Of a stretch of 64,000 nucleotides of DNA, positions 31,366 to 42,204 are shown piece by piece. The stretch covers positions 364,758 to 428,757 of the forward strand of contig JBGSJG010000004.1 in the NCBI GenBank assembly GCA_041742135.1. Reading direction: 5' to 3'. A program made the translations under genes and the position numbers. Each line of letters starts with the position of its first letter. Position 1 is the stretch's first letter. Under the pieces are notes generated by a model, which was not told where the DNA came from, did no database searches, and worked only from the letters and a program-made list of their open reading frames with translations. The stretch comes from Patescibacteria group bacterium. Lineage in GTDB: Bacteria > Patescibacteriota > Microgenomatia > UBA8517.

Positions 31366-31581
31366 CGCTTAAGTTATTTCTTCCCGCAAGATGGGCAGAC
31401 TCTATGATTAATCTTTTTCGCGCCACAATGGCGGCAAATAACAAGATTTGGAAACTCTAATTTAAACTTGCCTCGCCTCTTGCCAGTCCTGGCTTTTGTA
31501 TGTTTCTTCTTCGGTAATGGTGTCATAGGCGTATTTTAGCTTATCAAACGCAGAAAGTAAATTGAATCAACTTGCGCACAT

Positions 31582-33594
31582 TTAATTTGGGGATACTTGT
31601 TTTTTTCTATAGTAACTTATTATCTTTTTGTACTTTTCTTGATCGTGGACGACTTCATGAGCCAGCTCGCGCGACAGCTTAATTAGCTCGTAATCATTCC
31701 AGTGTGCAATCTTAAGCTCGGCAGCTCCATGCTGGCGAAGGCCAAGTATTTCTCCGGGGCCTCGTATCTCAAGGTCCATTTCTGCCAACTCTTTGCCGCT
31801 TGTCGACTTAGTAAGCGCTTGGAGTCTTTTTTTGGCTATTTTTGATTTGGTATCGGAAAACAGCAAGCAATAAGATTGTTTGGCACTTCTTCCTACGCGG
31901 CCGCGAAGCTGGTGAAGCTGCGCCAATCCAAAGCGCTCGGCAGCTTCAATTACGATAATGGTAGCATCAGCGATATCAATACCAACCTCAATTACCGGTG
32001 TGGTCACGAGTATGTCGTATTTTTTATCTTTAAAATCTGAAATGATTTGGTTTTTTTCTTTCGCTTTCATTCTGCCGTGCAAAAGCGCCAAAGAATATTT
32101 TGAAAAAACCTTAGATAAACGCTTAAACTCCACAGTTGCAGCTTTAACAGTCGAAAGCGATTCGGCTTCCGATTCTTCGATTAGGGGGCAGACCACAAAC
32201 ACCTGTGCTCCATTTTTCTCAATTTGCTCCGCAATCCATTTTTGTGCTGATTCTCTTTTGCTTGATGGCACTACCCAAGTTTTGGTTTTTAGTCTTCCGT
32301 GAGGAAGCTCGTGAAGGGTGGAAAGCTCCAAGTCACCATAGATTGTAAGAGCTATGGTTCTGGGGATTGGAGTGGCAGTCATGGTGAGAATATGCGGATT
32401 GGCTTTTCCTCTTGATGCAAGCTTGGCAATTTTTGCCCGCTGCCCCACTCCAAAGCGGTGTTGCTCATCAATTACTAAAAATGCGGCATCTTTTACAATA
32501 TCTTCGTGATAAAGCAGTGCATGTGTGCCCACCACAATATCGTGACTGCCAAGCCCTGAGACCATTCCTTCCGATGTAATTAATGAAATTCTTGCATTAA
32601 AGCCGCCGAGCACTCGAGTTAGCGTTTCGTAATGTTGCTGGGCAAGTATCTGCGTTGGAGCTAGAAACACGGCCTTTTTCTCGTTAACAAAGGTCGCGTA
32701 AGCCCCCGTTGCTGCCACAACCGTCTTGCCCGAGCCAACGTCTCCTTCTAAAAGCCTATTCATAGGCACCGGCTTGTCAATGTCTGCCCTTACTTCGTTA
32801 ATTGCTGCGACTTGGCTTTGGGTCAAGCTAAAAGGAAGGCTTTTGATAAACTGGTCCAAGTGTGATTCGGTAAGAGTAAGTTTGTGAGATTTTGAGTTCT
32901 CGCTCCACCAGAGTTTTTTAAAAGCCCATTGTATTTGCATTAACAGAAGCTCGTTAAAAGCAAGACGCTTAATGCCAACTGCAAAATCCTCGATGTTTTC
33001 GGGCTTGTGAACTTTTTGCAGTGCTGTCTGGTAATTTACAAAACTGAAAGAACCGAGAATTGACTCGTCAACAAAATCGTTAAGTTGAGTGTTGTGAAGT
33101 ACTTCTGCAACTTTTTTTCTAAACCACTTAGAGTTTACTCCTGCGGTTTCGGGATAAACGGGAACTAGTCTTCCTGTATGAATTGTCTCTTCAGAAAATT
33201 TTTCAAATACAGGAAATACAAAAGCTCTTTTTTTACCCCAAAAGGACAGTTTTCCTGACAGTGAGATAAAGCTTCCCGGAGGCAATATTTTAGGTAAATA
33301 TGGCTGGCGCATCCAAATCGCATCTACTTCATGTTCCCCATCAGATATCTTTGCAAGCTGGATATTTTTGCCGTTTTTGGTAAACACGTTATCTATCGAG
33401 ACGACTTGCCCGGCGATTGTTACATCTTCACCAATTTTGAGCTCAGAAATGGCCACTTTATTTCGAAAGTCTATGTGTCTTGAAGGTACATGTAAAAGGA
33501 GATCTTCAATGGTGTTTATTCCTAGGCTCTTCAGTTTTTGCGCAAAACTTGGGCCTACTCCAGAGAGGATGCCAACAGGGTCATCTGCATTCAT
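31582..33594 (-). CDS. recG: ATP-dependent DNA helicase RecG
   Basis: N-terminal wedge domain, GDVGSGKT Walker A, DEQHRFGVGQR and the helicase C-terminal motifs. Confidence 0.9.
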   Translation of the reverse strand: MNADDPVGILSGVGPSFAQKLKSLGINTIEDLLLHVPSRHIDFRNKVAISELKIGEDVTIAGQVVSIDNVFTKNGKNIQLAKISDGEHEVDAIWMRQPYLPKILPPGSFISLSGKLSFWGKKRAFVFPVFEKFSEETIHTGRLVPVYPETAGVNSKWFRKKVAEVLHNTQLNDFVDESILGSFSFVNYQTALQKVHKPENIEDFAVGIKRLAFNELLLMQIQWAFKKLWWSENSKSHKLTLTESHLDQFIKSLPFSLTQSQVAAINEVRADIDKPVPMNRLLEGDVGSGKTVVAATGAYATFVNEKKAVFLAPTQILAQQHYETLTRVLGGFNARISLITSEGMVSGLGSHDIVVGTHALLYHEDIVKDAAFLVIDEQHRFGVGQRAKIAKLASRGKANPHILTMTATPIPRTIALTIYGDLELSTLHELPHGRLKTKTWVVPSSKRESAQKWIAEQIEKNGAQVFVVCPLIEESEAESLSTVKAATVEFKRLSKVFSKYSLALLHGRMKAKEKNQIISDFKDKKYDILVTTPVIEVGIDIADATIIVIEAAERFGLAQLHQLRGRVGRSAKQSYCLLFSDTKSKIAKKRLQALTKSTSGKELAEMDLEIRGPGEILGLRQHGAAELKIAHWNDYELIKLSRELAHEVVHDQEKYKKIISYYRKKQVSPN

Positions 33595-33717
33595 CTAAGC
33601 CAATTTACATTAATACGCTCAGAAAGGGAAGGAACGTGGAAAAAATCAAGCCAATAGTCGCAATAATTATAATTAATTTTACGAAAAACTGCTTTTTATT
33701 TTTAAATTTAATTCCCA

Positions 33718-34881
33718 TTAGACTAATTCTATAAACTTTCGTTTGCCAATTTTTAGTCTTTGCCCAATCTGTGTTTCAAAATTAGCGTCATCGACAGTTT
33801 GTTCATTAACATCCACTGATTTTTGTTTGATGAGTCTTTTAGCCTCTGACATACTTAATTCTAGTGCCCCTGCTACTACTTCCGCAAGTGATTTGCAGTC
33901 AGCTAGTGAAAAACTTTCAAAATCAGGAGTGTGCTCTTGAAAGCTTTTTTTAAAGTGCTCCTTTGCCTTACGCGCGGCCTCAAGGCTATAATGCTCGCCA
34001 ACTATAGCCTCGGCCAAAATTAATTTAAGATCCATCGGATTTTTGCCGCTATCCAACTCTTGTTTGTAAGCTTCAACTTCACCAAGTGGTACCTCGGTGG
34101 CCAGAGTGAAGTACTGGATAATAAGCTCGTCGCGGATCGACATGATTTTGCCAAACATTTCCTCTGGGTTATCTGTAAGCCAGATAGCGTTGCCCCAAGA
34201 TTTACTCATTTTGCGGCCATCGGTACCTGTCAAGTAATCAGTAACGAGCACAAACGAATCTTTGTCAGCTAAATCTTTCAAAAGCGTGCGCCCAGCTTGC
34301 ATATTAAAGGTTTGGTCAGCCGCACCTACCTGAACGTCTGTGTCTAAATGAAATGAGTCATAGCCTTGCATCACGGGATAGAGCGTCTCGTGAAGACCAA
34401 CTGGCTTTTTGTCGCTTAAGCGCTTTTGAATTAGTTCTCGGCCAACAAAATCCCCTACCGAAAAGTGCTGGCAAAGCTTGATAATGTCCTCAAAGCGAAG
34501 GGGGCGAAGCCACTCACTGTTGTGCACCACTTTAACGCTCGAAAAATCCAAAATCTTTTCTGCTTGTTCTTTGTAAGTTTTTAGATTCTCCGCAATCTCA
34601 TCTGGGGTTAACCTTGGCCTCTCAGTATCTTTGTCAGAGGTGTCGCCGATAAGAGCTGTGAAGTCCCCTATTAAAAATGTTACAAAGTGCCCAAGCTCGA
34701 CAAAAGCCTTTAGTTTGCGTAGTGGGACCGCGTGCCCCAAATGGATGCGGGTCGCGGTAGGGTCGATTCCGAAAAAGATATTTAGCTTGTCACCTGAGTT
34801 AAGCCTTTCGATAAGCTTTTCTCGGCTTGGGATAACGTTAACCACACCGCGAGTAACTAAATCCAAAATTTTCTCTTCCAT
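33718..34881 (-). CDS. tyrS: tyrosyl-tRNA synthetase
   Basis: GIDPTATRIHLGHAVPL (HIGH motif), KMSKS and a C-terminal S4-like domain. Confidence 0.9.
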   Translation of the reverse strand: MEEKILDLVTRGVVNVIPSREKLIERLNSGDKLNIFFGIDPTATRIHLGHAVPLRKLKAFVELGHFVTFLIGDFTALIGDTSDKDTERPRLTPDEIAENLKTYKEQAEKILDFSSVKVVHNSEWLRPLRFEDIIKLCQHFSVGDFVGRELIQKRLSDKKPVGLHETLYPVMQGYDSFHLDTDVQVGAADQTFNMQAGRTLLKDLADKDSFVLVTDYLTGTDGRKMSKSWGNAIWLTDNPEEMFGKIMSIRDELIIQYFTLATEVPLGEVEAYKQELDSGKNPMDLKLILAEAIVGEHYSLEAARKAKEHFKKSFQEHTPDFESFSLADCKSLAEVVAGALELSMSEAKRLIKQKSVDVNEQTVDDANFETQIGQRLKIGKRKFIELV

Positions 34882-34957
34882 AGTGCTAGTTTATAGCAAG
34901 TTTGTTTTGTTATCCAGTTTCGTGACTTTGCTACATGAATTTTGCTAAAATGTACTA

Positions 34958-37558
34958 ATGTCTAATTGGCAAAGCCGTCTACGTGAGCGAAAGAGAGGAA
35001 AATCTTCCTTTAGGCTTCCCAAGTTTAGTATCCCCAACGACAAAAAGAAGTTTGCAAAGCTGGCGAAATTTGCTTTTGTAGGTGTTCTTTTGGCCAGCCT
35101 AGCGGGCTTTGTAGCCATCCCCTTGCTAAGTTTGACCCTGCCTTCTCCAGACAAGATCGTCCGCCGAGATGGTTTTTCGACCAAAATTTTGGATCGAAAT
35201 GGTGAAGTTTTGTACGACATTTTTGTTGACCAAAGACGTACTCCAGTTGAAAAGATCGACGATATTCCAACTTACCTGCGGCAGGCTACGGTCGCTGTGG
35301 AGGATCGTAATTTTTATAACCATCAAGGTTTTGACCCTACAGGTTATGCTCGAGCGATTTATAACATAATTTTCAAGCGCAAGCTTCAAGGAGGCTCAAC
35401 CCTTACGCAACAGTTGGTTAAGAATGTTTTACTGACTTCGGAGCGCACTATCATCCGTAAAATCAAAGAATTTGTTTTGACTCTCCAGATTGAGCAGCGT
35501 TATTCCAAGGACGATATTTTGCTTTTGTATCTCAATGAAGTTCCGTATGGTGGCACGGCTTACGGTGTGGAGGCAGCTTCAGAAACTTATTTCGGCAAAA
35601 GTGTAAAAGATCTGAATCTCATTGAATCTGCGATTTTGGCAGGGCTTCCTCAAAGTCCTTCTCGATATTCGCCATATTCCAGTACGCCAGATGCGTATAT
35701 CAATCGGACAACACAGGTGCTTCGAAGAATGCGCGAGGATGGCTATATAACTCCCGAGCAAGAGGAAGAAGCCCAAAAAATGTTGCCCGATGTAGAGTTT
35801 CAGCCTCGAGGCGCGTCTTTCCGAGCACCGCATTTCGTGCAGTATGTGCAAGAAATTTTAGAGGAACGCTATGGCGCCGCGGCAGTTGAATCTGGAGGAA
35901 TGGTTGTTACAACTTCGCTTGACTACAATATTCAAGAAGAAGCTCAAAAGATTGTTGCTGAAGAAATCGAGAAAGTTGAAAGCTTAAACATCACAAATGG
36001 CGCAGCCGTTGTTATCGACCCCGAAACCACTGAGATTTTAGCGATGGTTGGGTCGAAAGACTTTAATGCCGAGGATTACGATGGCCAGGTAAACGTAACA
36101 ACAAGGCCCCGCCAGCCTGGTAGCGCTATTAAGCCGATTACATACGTCACTGCTTTGAAGGAGGGCTACACAGCCTCCACACTTCTTATGGACGTGCCTA
36201 CAATTTTTCCGGGAGGCATTGGTCAACCTGATTATGAACCTGTAAATTACGATGGTACGTACCGAGGGCCGGTTCAGTTGCGCTTTGCCTTGGCAAACTC
36301 ACTTAATGTGCCAGCGGTCAAGATGATTGCCATGGTTGGAATAAGAGACGTATTGCAAACTGCATACGACATGGGAATTTCCAGTCTTGAGCCTACAAGC
36401 GAAACAATGAGCCGTGTGGGCCTTTCACTTACGTTGGGTGGCGGTGAAGTAAAACTTTTGGAACTAGCTAGCGCTTACGGAGCTTTTATGAATGGTGGTA
36501 ACAAGGTGGTACCAACAGCGATTCTTAAAATTGAAGATCACAATGGTAATGTGCTTGAAGAAGTTAAACCTAAGAAAGGTGAACAGGTGTTAAGTGCCGA
36601 GGAAGCATTTATAATTGCCGACATTCTTTCAGACAACAATGCAAGATCAGCAACCTTTGGCACTAATTCGCTACTTAACATTCCGGGCCGTGAAGTTGCG
36701 GTTAAAACAGGTACAACTAACGATCTTCGAGACAACTGGGCAGTGGGCGGAAATGCGCAAGCCTTAGTTGGGGTGTGGGTGGGAAATAATGACAATTCAA
36801 AAATGAAAGCAGTGGCTTCGGGCGTTTCTGGTGCTACACCGATTTGGAGGAAGGTTTTGCTTGCCTCTCTTGAAGGCAAGCCCAATTCCACGTTTGAGCC
36901 ACCAGAGGGCGTGGTAAGTGCTTCTGTCGATGTTGTCTCGGGATATCGTGAGCACGATGGCTTTCCTTCGAGAAGCGAGTTTTTCATCAAAGGAACTGAG
37001 CCGGGAGAAGATCCGGTTCACAAAATGCTTGAAGTATGCCGAGGAGACAACAATAAGCTTGCAACTGCTCCTGACATAGCTCGTGGAACGTATGATCTTA
37101 AAGAGTATTTTGTCTTTCGCGAGGACGACCCAACGAGCGAGCCGGGAGGGGTTAATCGCTTTATGGAAGGCATTAATAAGTGGTTGGAAACTCAAAGTGA
37201 ACCTAAATATCACCCACCCACTGAGTACTGTAATTCAGGCAGTACCGCGCCAATAAACATAGATTTTATTGAGCCACGCGACACAAATAGTGATTTGAAT
37301 AATGAAGTAAAAGTTCGATTTGTAATCGATTTTATCCATGAAATTACCGAAGCTTGGCTCGAGGTAGATGGCACTCGCGTTCGCACGTTCACAAGCGGCC
37401 CGTATGAACATACGGTGAATTTGCCAAACGGCCCGCACACCTTGCGTGCAGCAGCAAAGGATTCAGAGGGTAACGAGAGCGAGCGAGTGATTAGAATTGG
37501 AGTAAAATCAAGCTGGGAAACGCCTACTCCTTCCCCATCCCCCACGCCAACACCATAA
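34958..37558 (+). CDS. class A penicillin-binding protein (PBP1A: transglycosylase plus transpeptidase) with C-terminal Ig-like domain and Pro/Thr tail
   Basis: N-terminal transmembrane segment, the GT51 motifs EDRNFYNHQGFD and GGSTLTQQLVKN, the transpeptidase SAIKP and KTGT motifs, and a C-terminal ~150-aa beta-rich domain ending TPTPSPSPTPTP. Confidence 0.85.
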   Translation: MSNWQSRLRERKRGKSSFRLPKFSIPNDKKKFAKLAKFAFVGVLLASLAGFVAIPLLSLTLPSPDKIVRRDGFSTKILDRNGEVLYDIFVDQRRTPVEKIDDIPTYLRQATVAVEDRNFYNHQGFDPTGYARAIYNIIFKRKLQGGSTLTQQLVKNVLLTSERTIIRKIKEFVLTLQIEQRYSKDDILLLYLNEVPYGGTAYGVEAASETYFGKSVKDLNLIESAILAGLPQSPSRYSPYSSTPDAYINRTTQVLRRMREDGYITPEQEEEAQKMLPDVEFQPRGASFRAPHFVQYVQEILEERYGAAAVESGGMVVTTSLDYNIQEEAQKIVAEEIEKVESLNITNGAAVVIDPETTEILAMVGSKDFNAEDYDGQVNVTTRPRQPGSAIKPITYVTALKEGYTASTLLMDVPTIFPGGIGQPDYEPVNYDGTYRGPVQLRFALANSLNVPAVKMIAMVGIRDVLQTAYDMGISSLEPTSETMSRVGLSLTLGGGEVKLLELASAYGAFMNGGNKVVPTAILKIEDHNGNVLEEVKPKKGEQVLSAEEAFIIADILSDNNARSATFGTNSLLNIPGREVAVKTGTTNDLRDNWAVGGNAQALVGVWVGNNDNSKMKAVASGVSGATPIWRKVLLASLEGKPNSTFEPPEGVVSASVDVVSGYREHDGFPSRSEFFIKGTEPGEDPVHKMLEVCRGDNNKLATAPDIARGTYDLKEYFVFREDDPTSEPGGVNRFMEGINKWLETQSEPKYHPPTEYCNSGSTAPINIDFIEPRDTNSDLNNEVKVRFVIDFIHEITEAWLEVDGTRVRTFTSGPYEHTVNLPNGPHTLRAAAKDSEGNESERVIRIGVKSSWETPTPSPSPTPTP

Positions 37559-37586
37559 GGATTGATTGATGTGATAATATTTATTT

Positions 37587-38216
37587 ATGCCTCCTGAGGT
37601 TTTGGGTGAAGTTAATTGTGAATCGCCTTCTGAAACAGTGCCAAAAATGTATGCGATTATATCGGAACAGGCAGGTGTTCCTTCAGACTTGAAGCCAACT
37701 ATAGTTTTTTGCGATGATCCAATTGGTGACTGCTTGGCTCGAGCGGCGAGCGCGACAGCAGAAAGGCTGAATGCCTTAAATGATGTACTCGAGGTCAAGA
37801 GGCACGGGTTTCCTAGAACTGCCAGAGAAAGAAATAACATCGAAGCAAGCCAAGGCGTAGTAGTGCAGCTGTTGCGCGAGACGATCGAAATACTTAGGGG
37901 ACGAAAGGCTGGTGTGGTCAGGCTTGAAGTTGATTCGAAAGGGCAGTTTACTGGTCACACTGTTGTTGAAGCAATACCTTCTTCTCAAAAGCCAATTTGG
38001 GATGCAATTGTGGCTGCAAATGGCATCCTTCCAGAAGCTGCATTAAATTACATCGCAAATGCCTATGAGTTATGTAAGCCCGGGGGTGCAGGTCTTGGTG
38101 ATCAATTTAGCCTTGATTACAACGGTTTTCTCGATCTTCATGAAGACTACGTACCTCCGATGAGTGGTATAATCGCAGCAATTAGGAAGCAGTGGCTTTC
38201 TCAATCGCATTCCTAG
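37587..38216 (+). CDS. hypothetical protein (209 aa)
   Basis: ORF track entry with no motif recognised. Confidence 0.35.
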   Translation: MPPEVLGEVNCESPSETVPKMYAIISEQAGVPSDLKPTIVFCDDPIGDCLARAASATAERLNALNDVLEVKRHGFPRTARERNNIEASQGVVVQLLRETIEILRGRKAGVVRLEVDSKGQFTGHTVVEAIPSSQKPIWDAIVAANGILPEAALNYIANAYELCKPGGAGLGDQFSLDYNGFLDLHEDYVPPMSGIIAAIRKQWLSQSHS

Positions 38217-40032
38217 CTTCTTCCACTTCTTTGTCACTCAAAGTTTTACTTGAATCGTGATAAGAAATTCTAAAAGTATACTTTTGTTCAAAAACGTCAA
38301 CTAATTCAACAGATTGAACTAGCTTACTTGCCTGTTTGATTGACTGAATTATTTCAGAGACTGATTTTTCTTGAGGAATCACTATAGTCATGTCCTCTAT
38401 CTGTGGCGGGTATTTTGATATTGGTTTGTAAGTTTTTGGTTTTTTGCAATTTAGAAGCTCTAAGACCTCGAACTCATAATAATAATGCTGATCTACGATT
38501 TTTAATGTCACTGGATGTTTTATATTAAGGCTTACAAATAGCGCTTCGAGAATTCCTTTGGCAGCTCTAAAATCAAAATTACTAAATACTCCAGCCATCA
38601 TGGCCTTCTCTTCTGGCAAGCCATTTTTATTGGCTATATAAACATTGGCTAATTCAAATAGGTGAAAAGGCTTAGTATTTCCTGCATTTGTTTTTGCAGC
38701 CTGAATAAGAGAGTTTTCGAGTGTTGTGCGTAAATACTCAGTGTCCGTGCCTAGAGGATTTTTGACACGAAGTGATTTTGCCCCAGTCATCTCGCGGCTA
38801 ACAAGTGAAAGAGTATAGACCTCTACTCCGCCAAGTCCCGAGAGAATGTCTTTGATGTTGTTTTCAAATTCAAATACAGGATCAGTTTTTTCAAGTGGTA
38901 GCTCGCCGGGCATGATGACGCTGGGCAAATTTGAATAGCCGTAAATTCTCGCGATTTCTTCGATTAAGTCTTCGGCAATGTCGACCTCGTGTGCGCGGAA
39001 AGAAGGAACTGTTACTTTAATTTCTTGCTTAGAAATTGTTGCGCTAAAGCCAAGAGATTTAAGGATTGAAAGGATTTTTGTGGGCGGAATTTCAACGCCA
39101 ATTTTTTGGTTTATGAGATCCACTGAAATTGTCATCGTTTTGGCCTTGTAAGGGTTTGGGTAAAAGTCGTAAATTTTGCTCTCAGGCTTGCCACTTGCTA
39201 GATTTATATAAAGCTCAAGACCTCGCAAAAGCGCCGTTTTGCCAAGCTCTGGATCTACAGATTTTTCGTTAAGTTGAACTGCCACTGTTCGGATATTAAG
39301 TGCCAGGGAAGTTTTACGCATTAGGGCTGGGTCGTTATTGTCAATAAAGTAAATTATTCGTTTTGTCTTATCACTTACCACGCTATTGGCTGTGCCGATA
39401 ATGCCTGGAAGATCGATAATCTCCCCCGATTTACTGGCAATTACTATGTCGTTTCCGGGAAGAACATACTTTTTCTTGTCAAAACTTACTGCCGTTTCCC
39501 CTTTGCCCGAGAGCCTAAACCCCAAAAAATGATCGTCGATTTTGTCATAGTCAAAAACGTGGGTGGGGTGCCCTACTTCAAGCATTATGTAATTAGTAAT
39601 GTCGACTAAAATATTTTTACTGCGCATGCCTGAGGCTTCAAGCCTATCCACCATCCACTGTGGAGTTTCGTTTTGAGTGATTTCCAAAACAACGGCCATA
39701 ACTCGTTTGTTGAGTTTAGTGTCTGGCTTAACAGTTAAAGGCAGTAAATCCTTTGTAGCTAAGTTTTTGGCTTTTGTTTCAATATTTTTAAGCTCAGCCT
39801 TAATGCCAAATTGCGGCAAAATAGCTGACGCTTCGCGTGCAATGCCCACCACACTTGCCGAGTCGACTCTGTTTGTTGTTATTTCAATGTCGTAAACCCA
39901 ATCGTTTTTGCCAAATTTTGTTAAATGGTCAACGGATGGGCCACACAAAGACAGAAGCTCTGCGATTTTTTGTGGTGTTGCAGTAGTTTTTAGAAACTCT
40001 CTTAAGTGACTGTCTAGTATTTGTATATTCAT
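38182..40032 (-). CDS. pheT: phenylalanyl-tRNA synthetase beta subunit (short form)
   Basis: B3/B4 and B5 domain-like sequence. It lies directly downstream of pheS, with a 2-nt gap. Confidence 0.85.
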   Translation of the reverse strand: MNIQILDSHLREFLKTTATPQKIAELLSLCGPSVDHLTKFGKNDWVYDIEITTNRVDSASVVGIAREASAILPQFGIKAELKNIETKAKNLATKDLLPLTVKPDTKLNKRVMAVVLEITQNETPQWMVDRLEASGMRSKNILVDITNYIMLEVGHPTHVFDYDKIDDHFLGFRLSGKGETAVSFDKKKYVLPGNDIVIASKSGEIIDLPGIIGTANSVVSDKTKRIIYFIDNNDPALMRKTSLALNIRTVAVQLNEKSVDPELGKTALLRGLELYINLASGKPESKIYDFYPNPYKAKTMTISVDLINQKIGVEIPPTKILSILKSLGFSATISKQEIKVTVPSFRAHEVDIAEDLIEEIARIYGYSNLPSVIMPGELPLEKTDPVFEFENNIKDILSGLGGVEVYTLSLVSREMTGAKSLRVKNPLGTDTEYLRTTLENSLIQAAKTNAGNTKPFHLFELANVYIANKNGLPEEKAMMAGVFSNFDFRAAKGILEALFVSLNIKHPVTLKIVDQHYYYEFEVLELLNCKKPKTYKPISKYPPQIEDMTIVIPQEKSVSEIIQSIKQASKLVQSVELVDVFEQKYTFRISYHDSSKTLSDKEVEEARNAIEKATAS

Positions 40033-40033
40033 A

Positions 40034-41110
40034 TTAAAATTGCTCCAAATATCTTAAATCGGTACTGTATAGGACTCTTAAATCTGGAATATTTATGCCG
40101 CTTTTCATCATCGTGACGCGCTCCACTCCCCAACCAAATGCAAAGCCAGAATAAATTTCTGGATCAATTCCACCTGCGCGAAGAACGTTTGGGTGGACCA
40201 TGCCACTACCACCAAGCTCAAGCCAGCCGCCTTTGCATACACGGCAGCCTTTCCCGCCGCATAAGTCACAGCTTATGTCAACTTCAAAGCTGGGCTCGGT
40301 AAAGCGAAAGTTGTGTGGCCTAAGCCTTACTTTGCGATCTTCTCCAAAGAATGATTTGGCAAAATAATCTAGTGTACCTTTAAGATGAGTAATCGCGATA
40401 TTTTTGTCAATCACAAGGCCCTCAAACTGGTGAAACATCGGCGTGTGAGAAATGTCCGCTTGTCTTCTATAGGTTTTGCCAATATTAATCATGCGAATGG
40501 GTAATTTGCCACGCTGCATCTCCCTTACTTGACCATTTGAGGTGTGAGGCGTCAGTATCATTTCCCCGAGCTTGTTGTCAGATGGGGCATCCACGAAATA
40601 AGTTTCAAGAGTGTCCCAAGCTGGGTGATTCTTGGGAAAATTTAGCGATGTGAATGAATACCAATCCCACTCAACCTCAGGATATCTGCGGCGAACAAAC
40701 CCAAGCCCTGTAAATATCTTTTCAATTTCGCGAATAGACTGAGTAAGAAGATGCGTGTGGCCTACTGGCGGCAAAATTCCGGGAACTGAAGTGTCAAACT
40801 TTGGGGCAATATCGCGAAGCGTGGCCTCAGACGCTTGGAGCTCTTCTTCAATGCTAATTTTTGTCTGATTAATCAAAGCCCCAACTTCCGCTTTTTCGGA
40901 ACTTGCCAAGTCTTTGAGGTTTTTAGTGAGAAGATTAATTTTGCCGTTTCTTCCAAGATATGCAATTCTAAGCTCTTCAAGCTCTTGCTTGTTTTGCACA
41001 TCGCTTACCAAAGCCATGAACTCGTTTCGAATGTTTCTTATTTCATCCTGCATAATTTGTATTATACAGCAGAAATTATTTGGAGCTAAACGATTTTGCT
41101 TTTTCGGCAA
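40034..41110 (-). CDS. pheS: phenylalanyl-tRNA synthetase alpha subunit
   Basis: FPKNHPAWDTLETYFV and class II aaRS motifs 2 and 3 (FRFTEPSFEVD...GWGVERV). Confidence 0.9.
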   Translation of the reverse strand: MPKKQNRLAPNNFCCIIQIMQDEIRNIRNEFMALVSDVQNKQELEELRIAYLGRNGKINLLTKNLKDLASSEKAEVGALINQTKISIEEELQASEATLRDIAPKFDTSVPGILPPVGHTHLLTQSIREIEKIFTGLGFVRRRYPEVEWDWYSFTSLNFPKNHPAWDTLETYFVDAPSDNKLGEMILTPHTSNGQVREMQRGKLPIRMINIGKTYRRQADISHTPMFHQFEGLVIDKNIAITHLKGTLDYFAKSFFGEDRKVRLRPHNFRFTEPSFEVDISCDLCGGKGCRVCKGGWLELGGSGMVHPNVLRAGGIDPEIYSGFAFGWGVERVTMMKSGINIPDLRVLYSTDLRYLEQF

Positions 41111-41429
41111 TCGCTTTGAATGCTTCGGAGTCAGTCACTGCAATGTCGGACATGATCTTGCGGTCGACTTCAATTTTTGCCTTTTTGGCAAGTGCGATGA
41201 ATTTGCTGTAAGAAATTCCATGTTCGCGAACAGCTGCGTTTAAGCGCACAATCCAAAGCGAGCGCATATCGCTTTTGCGGTCTTTGCGGCCCACGTATGC
41301 ATATTGCCCAGCATGCATTAATGCTTCTTTTGCAACTTTGAGGCGGCTGCTTCTTGATTGCTTGAAGCCGCGCGCTGCGCTTTTAATCTTTCTGTGTCTT
41401 CGTGCGGATGGTGATTTAGATCTTGCCAT
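41076..41429 (-). CDS. rplT: 50S ribosomal protein L20
   Basis: MARSKSPSARRHRKIKSAARGFKQSR...YVGRKDRKSDMRSLWIVRLNAA. Confidence 0.9.
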   Translation of the reverse strand: MARSKSPSARRHRKIKSAARGFKQSRSSRLKVAKEALMHAGQYAYVGRKDRKSDMRSLWIVRLNAAVREHGISYSKFIALAKKAKIEVDRKIMSDIAVTDSEAFKAIAEKAKSFSSK

Positions 41430-41643
41430 TTTTTGGTTTTCTCTTTCTTATACCTAATGCTTTTTTAACTTTCTTAGCATATGCTCCCGTAACTAAAACA
41501 ACTCTTCTTTGAGACATTCTCTTTTGGCCCGATCTTTTTTCATTCAAATGGGATGTAAAAGCTCGTCCGCGCAAAACTTTGCCGTTTTTTGTAATTCTAA
41601 ATCTTCTTGTCGCGGATTTGCGAGTCTTTTGTCTTTTTGCCAT
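41416..41643 (-). CDS. rpmI: 50S ribosomal protein L35
   Basis: MAKRQKTRKSATRRFRITKNGKVLRGRAFTSHL. Confidence 0.9.
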   Translation of the reverse strand: MAKRQKTRKSATRRFRITKNGKVLRGRAFTSHLNEKRSGQKRMSQRRVVLVTGAYAKKVKKALGIRKRKPKNGKI

Positions 41644-41646
41644 AGG

Positions 41647-42204
41647 TCATGAAATTGTACTCGATTGAGCCGAATTGTCAAGCTTTTTTGAGTTTAAGGG
41701 CGATATAACCATTGCTAAATGACGACCTAAAAATTTTGGTTCCATATCAATATTTACATCATAGCCCAAGCGCTCCCTAATTTCTCTCAAAAGTTCGTAT
41801 CCTCTGCCTCGACTGTCCATATGTCTGCCCTTAAATACTATTACAAGCCGAACTTTATGTTTATTCTTCAAATAGCCATCAATTTTTCTGATACGAGTCA
41901 TGTAATCGCCTTCTGCGATAAACGGACTAAAGCGAACCTCTTTAAGCTCTGCGGGCTTACTTTTTTTCTTGTCAGCTCGCTCTTTCTTTTCATGAATGTA
42001 TTTTAGTTTCCCAAGTTCAATAATTTTAGCAACGGGCGGAGATGCATTGGGAGCGATCTCAATCAAGTCGCTTCCTGCCTCGCGAGCCTTAGATAGTGCC
42101 TCGTCTCGAGTAAGTACCGCAATTAACTTCCCGTCATCGCCTAAGACACGCAAACTTTCAGCCTTAATTTCTTCGTTGATGCGCCAGTTAAACTTTTTCT
42201 TCAA
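41647..42204 (-). CDS. infC: translation initiation factor IF-3
   Basis: INEEIKAESLRVLGDDGKLIAVLTRDEALSKAREAGSDLIEIAPNASPPVAKII. Conserved thrS-infC-rpmI-rplT order. Confidence 0.85.
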   Translation of the reverse strand: MKKKFNWRINEEIKAESLRVLGDDGKLIAVLTRDEALSKAREAGSDLIEIAPNASPPVAKIIELGKLKYIHEKKERADKKKSKPAELKEVRFSPFIAEGDYMTRIRKIDGYLKNKHKVRLVIVFKGRHMDSRGRGYELLREIRERLGYDVNIDMEPKFLGRHLAMVISPLNSKKLDNSAQSSTIS

